From Gammaproteobacteria bacterium HGW-Gammaproteobacteria-2 (GTDB lineage Bacteria; Pseudomonadota; Gammaproteobacteria; Xanthomonadales; Xanthomonadaceae): DNA of 64,000 bases. The notes below the pieces were generated by a model. The model saw only the letters and a list, made by a program, of their open reading frames with translations, searched no databases and had not been told where the DNA came from. This document shows positions 10,639-20,724 of this stretch, piece by piece. A program made the position numbers and the translations under genes. Position 1 is the first letter of the stretch, and every line of letters starts with the position of its first letter. The stretch covers positions 408 to 64,407 of the forward strand of contig PGZE01000005.1 in the NCBI GenBank assembly GCA_002840015.1, in the 5' to 3' direction.

Positions 10639-11525
10639 AAAACACCTTCCTGAAGCATGCGCAGATAAATGAAATAACCGAGCATCAGAAACACTTGCGG
10701 GAAAAAGAACATCACCAATGGCAGCATCATCTTCACTGGCGCCTCCAACGCCAGCTTCTCGGCGCGCAAAAACCGCTCCTCACGCCGCTGCATGGCTTGC
10801 GCACGCAATGTCCCCCCCAAACTGGCGCCGACGCGGTCAGCCTGGATCAGAGCGCCGGTGAAACTCGATATCTGCGACATATCCATGCGTTCGGCCATGC
10901 GTCGCAATGCCTCTGCCCGAGGCAGGCCAGAGCGCACATCGCGCAAAAGCCGGGCAAACTCTTGCGCCAAAGGCCCTCCCGGCCCCTTTTCCGTAGCTTG
11001 CTCAATGCCGCCGGTCAGATTGAGCCCCGCCTCCACCGCCATGGTTATGAAATCGAGAAATACCGGCAAATCCTTGATCACAAGCTGCTGCCGCCGCTTG
11101 CGACGTTCGCTCAACCACAAACTGGGGTACAGCCAACCCAATACCGCCGACAACAACAGCGCATACAAATAAAGTGCGACGCCATGTTTATCCAACATGC
11201 TCAGTAACAGCCAGCAGAATCCGACAACGCACGCCGATGCAACCACACGCAGGCCATATAGGTGCTCGGGCGAAAGAACAAAGTCCTGGCCTGCGGATTG
11301 CAACTGTCGATGTGCTTTTTCCAGCCTGTCCGGCGCGAGGCGCGGCCCCAGCACATGGGTTGCCATATTGATCAGCGGCCATAACAGGCGCAATCCGAAC
11401 GGCAACGGATCCTGATAGTGGCGGTCTGCAGCCGGCACCTCGCTTACAAGTCCGTATATCGACCAAACCAGCAATGTGATGCTGCCGACGATGCTCAGGA
11501 CCAACATGATCGTCATCGGATTCAT
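10635..11525 (-). CDS. tadC: Flp pilus assembly protein TadC (T2SS F-family)
   Basis: Polytopic protein with a T2SSF-like cytoplasmic domain, downstream of tadB, with overlapping stop and start. Confidence 0.87.
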   Translation of the reverse strand: MNPMTIMLVLSIVGSITLLVWSIYGLVSEVPAADRHYQDPLPFGLRLLWPLINMATHVLGPRLAPDRLEKAHRQLQSAGQDFVLSPEHLYGLRVVASACVVGFCWLLLSMLDKHGVALYLYALLLSAVLGWLYPSLWLSERRKRRQQLVIKDLPVFLDFITMAVEAGLNLTGGIEQATEKGPGGPLAQEFARLLRDVRSGLPRAEALRRMAERMDMSQISSFTGALIQADRVGASLGGTLRAQAMQRREERFLRAEKLALEAPVKMMLPLVMFFFPQVFLMLGYFIYLRMLQEGVL

Positions 11526-12376
11526 ATGTCGATGCTCGTGATCTTGCGGGCCATGCGGTAGCCGAGGTATTCCATCACCGCCGCCACCGCCATGACGACC
11601 CAGCCCATCGCCGTGTGGTACATATCGTGCATCGTGTCGGGATAGGCTGCGGTCAGAAATCCGACCAGACCCACCGGCATCAAAGCCATCACGATTCCCT
11701 GCAATCGCCCCTGTGCGGTCAGGGATTTCACCTTGCCTTCCATCAGCAAACGTCGGCGCAAGGTGTCGGCAAGCAGGGCGAGACTTTCCGCGAGATTGCT
11801 GCCGATCTCGCGGGAGATGCCCACGGCGGACACGAACAAGGTCACATCCTGTACCGGCACGCGCTCATTGAAGCGACCCAATGCATCGTCAAGCTTCACG
11901 CCCATGCGCTGCTCGCGCAGCACCAGCGCGAACTCCTGCGCCAATGGTGGAGACATGTCGCGCGCCAGCGCCTCAAGCGCCTGGCCGAAGCCAAGACCAG
12001 CCCGCATGCTGCCGGCCGCCATCAACAAGCCGTCTGGCAATTGCGCCACGATACGGTCAATGCGTCGATCCTTCAGCCAGGCATAGAGTTGACGGGGCAA
12101 AATCGCTACGGCAAGCGCACTGGCAACCGCCACAACCCAGTTGCCGAAAACCAGCCAGACAGCCGAGGGAACAACGACCAGCAACACAGCATTGACCTGC
12201 CACAGCACTGTCGCATCCACGAATAAAAACATGTCGGCGAGGTTGAATCGTGCCCGCTCGGTGAATGCGGCTTTGTAGCTGGCCCAGACGACCACCGCAC
12301 CACGCGTGGCGAGATAAGCCGCCAGCGCTGCACTGAGGAACACTACCAATGCCAGCGAAGTCAGGCTCGTGTTCAC
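11522..12376 (-). CDS. tadB: Flp pilus assembly protein TadB (T2SS F-family)
   Basis: Polytopic protein with a T2SSF-like domain, directly after tadA. Confidence 0.87.
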   Translation of the reverse strand: MNTSLTSLALVVFLSAALAAYLATRGAVVVWASYKAAFTERARFNLADMFLFVDATVLWQVNAVLLVVVPSAVWLVFGNWVVAVASALAVAILPRQLYAWLKDRRIDRIVAQLPDGLLMAAGSMRAGLGFGQALEALARDMSPPLAQEFALVLREQRMGVKLDDALGRFNERVPVQDVTLFVSAVGISREIGSNLAESLALLADTLRRRLLMEGKVKSLTAQGRLQGIVMALMPVGLVGFLTAAYPDTMHDMYHTAMGWVVMAVAAVMEYLGYRMARKITSIDI

Positions 12377-14073
12377 GCCGCGTCATCCGACCGGAATATC
12401 GAAAGGTTGACCGGCACACCGCGCTCGGCCAGCGCTTCGTAGAACTCCGGCACTGCGCCGGTCGCAACGAAGCCGCCACGCACGCGGCCGCCTTCGCCAC
12501 CTTGGTCGCGAACCCGAAACACGAACAAATCCTGCGCCTGGATGACCCCACTTTCGATGCCGGTTATCTCGCTGATGTGGGTGATTTTGCGCGAACCACA
12601 AGGGAATCGTCGCTGATGAACAACAAGATCGAGTGCCGATGCGATCTGATCGCGCACCACCATGATGGGCAAATCCATACCGGACATCAGCACCATGATT
12701 TCGAGACGCGAAAGTGCATCGCGCGGTGAGTTTGCATGGGCGGTGGTCAACGAGCCTTCGTGTCCAGTGTTCATCGCCTGCAACATGTCCAATGCTTCAC
12801 CGCCTCGGCACTCACCTACCACGATACGATCCGGACGCATGCGCAAAGCATTGCGCACAAGGTCGCGGATGGTGACTTCACCACGGCCTTCCAGATTGGG
12901 TGGGCGAGCCTCCATCGCTACCAGGTTGGGCTGCGGCAACCGCAACTCGGCAGCATCCTCGATGGTAACCACACGCTCGCCATCGGGGATGAAGTTGGAA
13001 AGAATATTGAGCAATGTTGTTTTGCCTGAACCAGTACCGCCGGTGACGACGATATTCTTGCGTTCGCGTACGGCCATCTCCAGAAACTCAAGCATCGCCG
13101 CATTGGCCGAGCCAAACTTCAGCAGGTCATCGCCGGTCAGCTTGTTGCGACTGAACTTGCGGATACTCACGCTGGGGCCGCGCAGCGCCACCGGTGGAAT
13201 CACCGCATTGACGCGAGAACCATCGGCAAGGCGCGCATCCACCATCGGCGAACTTTCATCGATGCGGCGGCCCAACGGCGCGACAATACGCTCGATCGCA
13301 GCGAGGACCGCCTTGTCGCTGGTGAAGATGACCGCTGATCGCTCGATGCGCCCACCACGCTCGATGAATATTTCATCGGCCCGGTTGACCATGATTTCGG
13401 TAACGCTCTCGTCAGCCAGCAATTCCTCCAACGGGCCAAGACCGATAGCTTCATCAAGCACCTCCTTCGCCAATCGCTGGTGTGATATCGACGCAGGCAG
13501 AATGGCAGCAAACTCGCGGCCAATAATCTCTTCGATCAGCTCACAGGTCTTTTTGCGTAGTGCCACATCGCTCATGCCGCGCACATCCACGCGCCGTAAA
13601 TCCATCTGCTTGACCAGCGACTGGTGTACGCGCTGGCGCCATTCCAGCATCGCGCTAGAAACCGCAGCATTGCGTGCCGTGCGATCCGTCGTGTCCGCTA
13701 CAGCGATGTCATCGGCCATCGGCGCACGCGTCGATATGGCAAGCGCATCCACCCGCTGTCGCTGCTCAGTCTGCACGGACGGGTTGGCCGACACACGCAG
13801 GCGATAGTCGCCGATGGCGACGATATCCGCACCGGCCAAGGGGCCATGCTCACGCTGTATGCGGGTGCCATTGACCGTCACCGGTGCCTTGCCACCCAAC
13901 ACTTCGACAAACACGTCACCGCTGCGGATACGCAACGTCGCATGCTCGCGGGCGATATCCCAGCCTTGCAGTACCACCGGATTGTCGTCACCACGGCCAA
14001 TACCACAGGTATCGTGCAAGCAACGCACCTGGCGTGGCTTGCAATTGTGCGTCTCGATAGTCACTTCAAACAT
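12373..14073 (-). CDS. tadA: TadA/CpaF secretion ATPase with an N-terminal FHA domain
   Basis: N-terminal 100 aa are FHA-like (GIGRGDDNPVVL, AREHATL, VNGTRI, IGDYRLRV). Walker A VVTGGTGSGKTTLLN and the CpaF-type Asp/His boxes follow. Confidence 0.92.
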   Translation of the reverse strand: MFEVTIETHNCKPRQVRCLHDTCGIGRGDDNPVVLQGWDIAREHATLRIRSGDVFVEVLGGKAPVTVNGTRIQREHGPLAGADIVAIGDYRLRVSANPSVQTEQRQRVDALAISTRAPMADDIAVADTTDRTARNAAVSSAMLEWRQRVHQSLVKQMDLRRVDVRGMSDVALRKKTCELIEEIIGREFAAILPASISHQRLAKEVLDEAIGLGPLEELLADESVTEIMVNRADEIFIERGGRIERSAVIFTSDKAVLAAIERIVAPLGRRIDESSPMVDARLADGSRVNAVIPPVALRGPSVSIRKFSRNKLTGDDLLKFGSANAAMLEFLEMAVRERKNIVVTGGTGSGKTTLLNILSNFIPDGERVVTIEDAAELRLPQPNLVAMEARPPNLEGRGEVTIRDLVRNALRMRPDRIVVGECRGGEALDMLQAMNTGHEGSLTTAHANSPRDALSRLEIMVLMSGMDLPIMVVRDQIASALDLVVHQRRFPCGSRKITHISEITGIESGVIQAQDLFVFRVRDQGGEGGRVRGGFVATGAVPEFYEALAERGVPVNLSIFRSDDAA

Positions 14074-14091
14074 AATTGCAATATCCCGGGA

Positions 14092-15447
14092 TCAGTCGAC
14101 CAAATCTGCACCTACGTCAGCGCGCATCTGATCGCGCAACGCATTACTGCGCGCAATCATTTCCTTGTTCTTCGGCGACTCCGCATCAATCACGTATGGC
14201 GTCACGAAGATCACCAATTCGGTGCGATCACTGCGGAAATTGCGCGAAGAAAACAGTGCGCCGAGAATCGGTATCTGGCCGAGCCCCGGCACTTTGTCAA
14301 AGCTCTTGGTTGCATTGGCATCAACCAGCCCGGAGATGACGATGGTCTGGCCTTCGCGGACATTCAACTCGGCACTGACGCGACGTGTGATGAAGCCGGG
14401 GAATCCATTCACGTTGATGCTTGGATCAACCCGACTGAGCTCGGTTTCGATGTTTGCCGCAATATCGCCTTCGCTGTTGATGACCGGCTCGATATGCAAG
14501 CGGATACCAAATGGCTTGAACTCGACCGAAGTTTCGCCCAATTCACGGGTAACCGGGATCGGCACCTCGCCACCAACCAGAAAATCTGCAACCCCGCCGC
14601 TACGTGCCGACAGTTGCGGCGTTGCCAGTTCCCATGCAGTGCCCGTCTGCATTGCCAGATTGATGCGCGAGCTGATCGATGTCGCAATGCCAAAGAATGA
14701 CGGCGTGCCGGGCACGCGCAAAGGCAGGTCAACCCCACTACCACCGGCATTCAGGCCGGGGAAGGTGCCCGGCGTCTGCCGGAACACTCGATTGGTCGAG
14801 AAATCATGGATCAAGCCGCCACTGGGGCCATCGATCATGGTGTCCCATTTGATGCCAATCTCGTTCATGGCGCGCTTGTCGAACTCCATGATGCGCACCT
14901 GCATCATCACCATCGGTTTCATTTCGACCGCGTTGGCAGTGGTGAAATCCAGCACCTGCGGATACAGCTTTTTGATTGCTGCAACCTGAGCCAGTTCGCC
15001 TGATGCCAGATTACTGCCGGTCAGAACCACGTTGCCAGCCACATTGTTTACAGCGATCGAACGACTCCCTTCCAGCAGACGGCGCACCATGTCCGCTTCC
15101 TGGTCAATGTTGCCGGCCCCGACATGAATTGAAATGCTGCGCTGGCTGCCGTCATGCAGCCAAAGATGCAACGACGTATCGCCCGGCGCACGCGCGATCA
15201 ATACCAACTCGCGATCACCGATAGCCCTCACTTCCAGCAGCTTGCCGTCGCCTACCGCTACCCGCTTGATCGCACCAGGCACGCTTTGCACCAGTGCCTG
15301 ACCAGCGTACAGGGTGACTGCGTCGGCGATTGGCGCTGCGGCATTGCCGGTTGCCTCAACTGCTCGCAACGCCCCGGGCGACCCCAACAGCATGGCCCAC
15401 ATTACCAACCACCGATGCGCCGTGTTTGTGTTGCCGATCATGCTCAA
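14092..15447 (-). CDS. cpaC: Flp pilus secretin CpaC/RcpA
   Basis: Signal peptide, and a secretin C-domain ([35 protein letters not shown]). Confidence 0.9.
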   Translation of the reverse strand: MSMIGNTNTAHRWLVMWAMLLGSPGALRAVEATGNAAAPIADAVTLYAGQALVQSVPGAIKRVAVGDGKLLEVRAIGDRELVLIARAPGDTSLHLWLHDGSQRSISIHVGAGNIDQEADMVRRLLEGSRSIAVNNVAGNVVLTGSNLASGELAQVAAIKKLYPQVLDFTTANAVEMKPMVMMQVRIMEFDKRAMNEIGIKWDTMIDGPSGGLIHDFSTNRVFRQTPGTFPGLNAGGSGVDLPLRVPGTPSFFGIATSISSRINLAMQTGTAWELATPQLSARSGGVADFLVGGEVPIPVTRELGETSVEFKPFGIRLHIEPVINSEGDIAANIETELSRVDPSINVNGFPGFITRRVSAELNVREGQTIVISGLVDANATKSFDKVPGLGQIPILGALFSSRNFRSDRTELVIFVTPYVIDAESPKNKEMIARSNALRDQMRADVGADLVD

Positions 15448-16223
15448 CTGCCCCCGCCGATAATGAATTGGATACCCACACCGCGTGCGCGCCCCATCCG
15501 CAACAGATCGGCTTTACTGAATACACTCAGGTTAAACGGCTCGCGACCGCCGGCCGGCCGTAACATCACCAGCAGATCGCCGATCTTGCGCGCCACCCCG
15601 ATGCGCTGCGCTTCGGCTGGCGGCAATTGCAAGGTGATATTGGAATAGCTGCCTGCTTCATCACTGTCACGCACGCCTTGCGCGTGGCTGCCAGTAGCCA
15701 GCACCAGCACATCGCTCAACAGCGGGCGCAGGCTGTCGTTGCCGCCATCTGGCGTCAGCACCAACACGTCGATGCGATCACCCGGCACAATCATCCCCGA
15801 GACCGAGTTGGCCTCGTCCACCTGCAAAGTATAGGCAACATGGCCCGGCGCAATGATCCCGGAAAAGCGATCCTGTACCCGCTCGATCGCACTGGCAGGA
15901 ATCGGCGCACCTTGCGCCAATGGCGCACGCAGCACTTGATCGAGATAGTCCTCGTAATTGGCTGCTGTCAACGCATCGGCGGGGATAAAGTCCAACGGTA
16001 CTTCGCGTGCTGCAATATCGTTGGCCTGCAAGACCACCCCCGATTCCAGATCACGTACCGGCACCACCAGCGTGCGCGTGTGTTGTGATGGTGGCGTCAC
16101 TGTACGTGCTGCCACCTGGGAGTCCACGTAACGCACGGCCAGCACACTGGCTGCAACACCCAGCAGCAAGGCAATACCGAGAACGACGAAGTTCTGATTG
16201 ATTTTTACACCACGCGGGGGCAT
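15444..16223 (-). CDS. cpaB: Flp pilus assembly protein CpaB/RcpC
   Basis: Start at [23 protein letters not shown] (N-terminal anchor) with an RcpC/SAF-like body. Lies 5 nt after the upstream stop. Confidence 0.83.
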   Translation of the reverse strand: MPPRGVKINQNFVVLGIALLLGVAASVLAVRYVDSQVAARTVTPPSQHTRTLVVPVRDLESGVVLQANDIAAREVPLDFIPADALTAANYEDYLDQVLRAPLAQGAPIPASAIERVQDRFSGIIAPGHVAYTLQVDEANSVSGMIVPGDRIDVLVLTPDGGNDSLRPLLSDVLVLATGSHAQGVRDSDEAGSYSNITLQLPPAEAQRIGVARKIGDLLVMLRPAGGREPFNLSVFSKADLLRMGRARGVGIQFIIGGGS

Positions 16224-16227
16224 CGGG

Positions 16228-16422
16228 TCATATCCATGAAGTAGAGAGGGCGTAGACAAAACTGGCGTACGCATTGCGCAAGGCGTCGGCCAGTTCAACG
16301 AAAACATTGGGGTTGGCGATCAACGCCAACACCAGCAGCAGTGCGACGACCAGATACTCCACCAACGCAGCACCCTGTTGGCGGCGTGCATACACCGAAA
16401 CGATGTGACCGACGCGGCTCAT
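16228..16422 (-). CDS. small Flp-type prepilin-like protein (second pilin or minor pilin)
   Basis: 64 aa from the ATG at 16422 (ATGA overlap with the upstream stop). RRQQG/AALVEYLVVALLLVLALI fits the Flp G/xxxxEY processing motif. Confidence 0.6.
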   Translation of the reverse strand: MSRVGHIVSVYARRQQGAALVEYLVVALLLVLALIANPNVFVELADALRNAYASFVYALSTSWI

Positions 16423-17114
16423 GGCTGCTGCACCGTGATCACCACCTGCGACTGGCCACCGGTATCGGCAATCACCACCAGACTCAGGTTGGCGCTGCCG
16501 CGTTCGAAGCCCAGCACGCAACCCCTTTGCGCACAGGCGTTATCCGCCACCGGCTTCCAGCCTTCGCCAGCCAGACGCTCGCGGAAAAATGCCGCGTTCT
16601 GCTTTGCCGAAAGCCCATTGCGTAGCGCCACGGTTCGCGCTGGCACCGGGTCGTCAGGGTAGGCGATGTCGTTGAATACTTTCGAGCCCATCGGCTTGGG
16701 CAACCCCTTGCCCGGCTCGAAGTGCTTTGGCGCGGAGCCGACGTTGACGATGCCGATCTCGCCCTTGCTGCCCGCGCCATCGGCAGCAACCCGCACGCTG
16801 GTAAAATAATCGCCGTCGCCATGACCAACCACCGTGGTGTCGCCAAGCGCATCGATCACTACGCGACCCTTCCATGCCTTTTCGTAAAACGCGATGATCT
16901 CTGCTGCCGGTTGCGGCGAGCGAAACACACTGGCGCGCATCTCCAGCCCGTTGTAAACGATACGCTTGGCGACCGGATCGATCTCGATATTCTCGGGCAG
17001 CGGTGGCTGCGGAAACGACGATCCTGCGATCGCCGCAATCGGCAGCAACAACAGAGCAAACACCCGCGCAAGGCGGATGCGCGCGCGTGCAATCAGGGCA
17101 AGCTCAGCGGACAT
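16419..17114 (-). CDS. hypothetical exported protein (Tad-locus orphan)
   Basis: 231 aa with signal-like RVFALLLLPIAAIAGSS. No recognised domain. Overlapping stops and starts on both sides. Confidence 0.6.
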   Translation of the reverse strand: MSAELALIARARIRLARVFALLLLPIAAIAGSSFPQPPLPENIEIDPVAKRIVYNGLEMRASVFRSPQPAAEIIAFYEKAWKGRVVIDALGDTTVVGHGDGDYFTSVRVAADGAGSKGEIGIVNVGSAPKHFEPGKGLPKPMGSKVFNDIAYPDDPVPARTVALRNGLSAKQNAAFFRERLAGEGWKPVADNACAQRGCVLGFERGSANLSLVVIADTGGQSQVVITVQQP

Positions 17115-18105
17115 CTTTGTACTTCACCAGACGATCCGCTGGCACCACATCGGGGGCGGTGCGGCCGGGTTTATAATCGCCCAATCCAGCGGTAAACAGG
17201 TCTCCTATGACTGGAATCATGTCCAGTACCGCCAAGACCTTGGTAAAGTCATCTATCATCTTGCCCGCCACGGAATCGTTATTACCCAGCGCAGCCGCTG
17301 GGGACAACTTTTCCACTACATTGCGTACGGTTCGCTTGGACGCGCCGCTGATATCCTTGCCAGAGCGTGTTTCACCGCCACCGGCAGCATCCCAGGCATC
17401 GGCCAGCAACACCGTTTTGGCGGAAAAATCCAATTGCATGCTATCGAGCGGGTCGAGAAAGCGCAGTGCATTGCCATCTCGATCCAATAATTTCTCGGGC
17501 TTCAAATGCACTTCGGCAGTGATCAGTCCCTGCGCATTCGGTCGCGGGTCTCCCAGCGGGTTGGCGCTGCTCAGCATTTTCAGCGCACCAGCGAGAAAGC
17601 CGGGTTCGGAATCCTGGCGATACACGTCCAGCGTCAGTGCCTCTGGCTTCAGCAGCGCGCGCCCGGCGAAGGTGGTCAACATCGGGTCTTTGAATGTTGA
17701 TGGTGCTGCAACAACACTGCGCAGGGGTGCATCAGCAGCGGCGAAATGGCGTCCGCGCAAACGGGTCTGCACCGTATTCAAGGCTGGCAGGTTGTTGCTG
17801 GTCAGGCGCGGGGCAGTGGCAGCCGTCCACGCGGCATCACGCGCCGCCGCACGGGTTTGTTGCTGGATATGCAGGTATTGACCGAGCACGGAAATCCCTG
17901 CTGCCAACGGCACCAACACGATCAGCGACACCACAGCCTCCACCAGCGCCTGTCCATGCTGGCATCGGGCCTGCGGTACAAAAGTCCTGTGGTGGCTGCG
18001 CTTGATCCTGGTGAGTAACGGAGTTACACGCAGCAATGCGGTCGAACGGGCTGTTGCCGCACTACCGTGCATGGTGTTTGCCACACCGGCGTCATTCGTC
18101 ATCAT
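17104..18105 (-). CDS. TadE/TadG-like pseudopilin-related protein
   Basis: QHGQALVEAVVSLIVLVPLAAG prepilin-like segment followed by about 270 aa of unknown sequence. Start ambiguous (18105 or 18072). Confidence 0.62.
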   Translation of the reverse strand: MMTNDAGVANTMHGSAATARSTALLRVTPLLTRIKRSHHRTFVPQARCQHGQALVEAVVSLIVLVPLAAGISVLGQYLHIQQQTRAAARDAAWTAATAPRLTSNNLPALNTVQTRLRGRHFAAADAPLRSVVAAPSTFKDPMLTTFAGRALLKPEALTLDVYRQDSEPGFLAGALKMLSSANPLGDPRPNAQGLITAEVHLKPEKLLDRDGNALRFLDPLDSMQLDFSAKTVLLADAWDAAGGGETRSGKDISGASKRTVRNVVEKLSPAAALGNNDSVAGKMIDDFTKVLAVLDMIPVIGDLFTAGLGDYKPGRTAPDVVPADRLVKYKDVR

Positions 18106-19057
18106 CGCTTTCTCCGTCAGCATCGTCCGATTCGGGATCGGTATCATCCTCCTCGTCACCGTATGCCGGCACACGCTTGATGCCGGGAGGCACACTGAAC
18201 ACGCTTTGATCAAATCCTTCTCCTACCGTGATCTTCTGCGTGGAGAGGTGATAACCGGCTTTACCTATGGGTTGATATTCGAGTGCGAACCCGAGCAGAT
18301 ACATAGGGAGCATCGCAGGCCCCGGAGGAAATGGCGGTATGAAATGGGCCAATCCCCACTGTTCGCCGCGAGTCCACAAACATGTTTTAGCCTCTTCGCC
18401 GTAAGCCATGAAGCACGACTCACCGGCTATCGACACAACACCTTCGCGTGGGTCTTTGGCTTTGGTCGGTACGTCCACACCTGCCTGCCGAAAAGCGTCA
18501 GTCAGTTGCTGCTCCAAGTCAGCTGGAATCGGCTGCCGGCGGATTCCAGTCGCCGGGGTAAAGAATCCAACACCGCTGTTGAGATCACCGTCGTTGAAAT
18601 CGATAAACCAGGTGCCATCATCGGGGTCATCGATCACTATTCTCGACACATGTATCACTTTGAAATGGCAGGAGGCCGCCATTGATTCGACGTTGTAGTT
18701 CCAAGTATCACTGCGGGCCGTGACGAGAGCGCCTTGATACCAAGCCTCGTAGTAGACATGTCCAAGCTTGTCGATCACGTCCTCGGACAGCGGAACAATC
18801 GGAGACTCCTGGTCTTCGTAACACCGCGCAAGTCTCTCGTGATACTCGCCATCAACACCCGGCCATCCATCTTCCTGCCACGCCGCAGTCTGTTGGATAT
18901 GAATCGGTGGTGTCTTCGCCACAGCTTCACGAGCAACTTGGTCGCTTCGCTCTTGCTCAGCTTCTTCGTCGTCATAACCAAGCTCAGCTGGGCCGCATGC
19001 GGGCAGCAACCAGACGAGTGCCAACACCAGCAGTAATTTGTGCTTTTCTGATTTCAT
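18092..19057 (-). CDS. hypothetical lipoprotein with a poly-acidic C-terminal tail (lower-GC)
   Basis: MKSEKHKLLLVLALVWLLPACG lipobox. C-terminus YGDEEDDTDPESDDADGESDDDE. GC visibly below the neighbouring genes. Confidence 0.62.
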   Translation of the reverse strand: MKSEKHKLLLVLALVWLLPACGPAELGYDDEEAEQERSDQVAREAVAKTPPIHIQQTAAWQEDGWPGVDGEYHERLARCYEDQESPIVPLSEDVIDKLGHVYYEAWYQGALVTARSDTWNYNVESMAASCHFKVIHVSRIVIDDPDDGTWFIDFNDGDLNSGVGFFTPATGIRRQPIPADLEQQLTDAFRQAGVDVPTKAKDPREGVVSIAGESCFMAYGEEAKTCLWTRGEQWGLAHFIPPFPPGPAMLPMYLLGFALEYQPIGKAGYHLSTQKITVGEGFDQSVFSVPPGIKRVPAYGDEEDDTDPESDDADGESDDDE

Positions 19058-19089
19058 CGTGCGTTTCTCGGCGGGTTGTTCACTCACGC

Positions 19090-20724
19090 TCAACCCCTGC
19101 CCGGCAAGCATGGCGCTATCGCGCCGGAAAATAGCGCGACTTGTTGCCTGGTGGCGCATGGCGTCTCAACAAGCCGCGCCTGCCAATAGGGGCTGAACAG
19201 ATTGCCGATCTCGCGCCGCGAATCCACGACGCTTGTGAACAAATCACGCGGCCGGCTGAAATACACCTGCGCCGAAGCCATCGCGGTGATGGCGTCGCCG
19301 ACCGCACGATCAGCCGCCTGCAACTCGCCCTCGCCACCCAGACCCTCGATCTGGTTGCTGGTGCGCACCGTGTTGATTGGCTGCTCGACCAGCACCGTGA
19401 ACACCGGCCCGACATCCAGCGCCTTGACGCCATTGGCTGCGGCCGATTTGCCATTGAGGTAGGGCACCGTGGCCCGGTTGTTGGCGGTGTCGTTGTAGTC
19501 GTTGAGTCCAACGCTAGATCCAACGCTAGAGACTTCCCGTGGGATTGAACTCCGCAGCCATGCAAATCTTTCGCCACCGGGCGCTGGATCCCTGCGAACC
19601 TTATTGCCTGCCTTGCCGTTGTCGATGCCGCCGTCGTAACGGCTATGGCGCCCGCGACCCGTCTCATACGGCGAGTTCCAGGTGCGGGCACGGCCCGATA
19701 CGCGACGGAACGATTCGCGTCGCAAAGTAGCATCCACCGCTGCGCCGCCGCCCCAGGCTACTGCCACGTTCGCCTTCTTGGACCAGCCGGCGATCGGAAC
19801 CCAGCCCAGCTTGGCTTCGAAATTGAGCGTGTCCGCACCTACCCAATCCCGATAGTCAACCAGATCGGTACCACCACGCTTCTTTATGCTGAATTCAACA
19901 ACCGGTTTCGCATTCAACTCGAATCCGCCCGAGCGTTTAAGCGAAAAACCATCGCGTGCCGCCATCACCACGTTGGCATAACGGTCCGCATCGGCGCTAC
20001 GTCGTCCTGACTCAGGTATCTTGTACCGCTTGGCGTAACTGAACGCCTCAGCGGATCCCTTGGCGAGCACCCCAATGCCCTTCAGCCCGATCTGCGCCTT
20101 GTCTCCGGTATTTTGCTTGACCAGCTTTTGCGCCAATGGCACTGCCTCTGCCGAACCGACAGCACCGATGATTTTGGACGCGTTTGAATACACCCCATCA
20201 ATGAACGAAATGCCTGTAGCGGCAAGCGAAAATGCCGGTTGCAGGCCATCACGCGCAACTCGCACCGCGCGCTTCACGCCATTCAGCACCGTAACCACCT
20301 GCTGAAGCGCCACACCAATTTCTGCGAGTACCACCGTAGCATCCAGCGCGAAGGCAACTACCTGCACCGCGTCCTTGAAATGATCTGTCGCGCTCAGCAT
20401 GTAGTTGGTCCATGAATACCAACTCACCATCTGCGCCATCGCCACTTCGTTGGCAACCGAGGCACGGTTCATGTAAGCGATCATGTTGTAGGCGCGCGCC
20501 TGCTGCACCGCCACGCTGTAGGCGGTCGCGTCGGCAGCGTTGACCAACTCAACCTTCTTGTCGAGCACCTGCCCGGTGTTGAACAACACGATAACGCCAA
20601 GCACCAGTGCGCTCATCGTCACCAGCGCCAGAATCAGCGCCTGGCCGCGAACACGAGAGAATATGCCGCCACAATGGCTGGCTGCATTTCGATAGCTGGT
20701 GATCGGTATCGTTTGCATTGTCAT
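19090..20724 (-). CDS. TadG-like pilus assembly protein
   Basis: N-terminus RVRGQALILALVTMSALVLGVIVLFNTGQ, then NAADATAYSVAVQQARAYN, typical of the TadG-like N-terminal domain. Confidence 0.8.
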   Translation of the reverse strand: MTMQTIPITSYRNAASHCGGIFSRVRGQALILALVTMSALVLGVIVLFNTGQVLDKKVELVNAADATAYSVAVQQARAYNMIAYMNRASVANEVAMAQMVSWYSWTNYMLSATDHFKDAVQVVAFALDATVVLAEIGVALQQVVTVLNGVKRAVRVARDGLQPAFSLAATGISFIDGVYSNASKIIGAVGSAEAVPLAQKLVKQNTGDKAQIGLKGIGVLAKGSAEAFSYAKRYKIPESGRRSADADRYANVVMAARDGFSLKRSGGFELNAKPVVEFSIKKRGGTDLVDYRDWVGADTLNFEAKLGWVPIAGWSKKANVAVAWGGGAAVDATLRRESFRRVSGRARTWNSPYETGRGRHSRYDGGIDNGKAGNKVRRDPAPGGERFAWLRSSIPREVSSVGSSVGLNDYNDTANNRATVPYLNGKSAAANGVKALDVGPVFTVLVEQPINTVRTSNQIEGLGGEGELQAADRAVGDAITAMASAQVYFSRPRDLFTSVVDSRREIGNLFSPYWQARLVETPCATRQQVALFSGAIAPCLPGRG

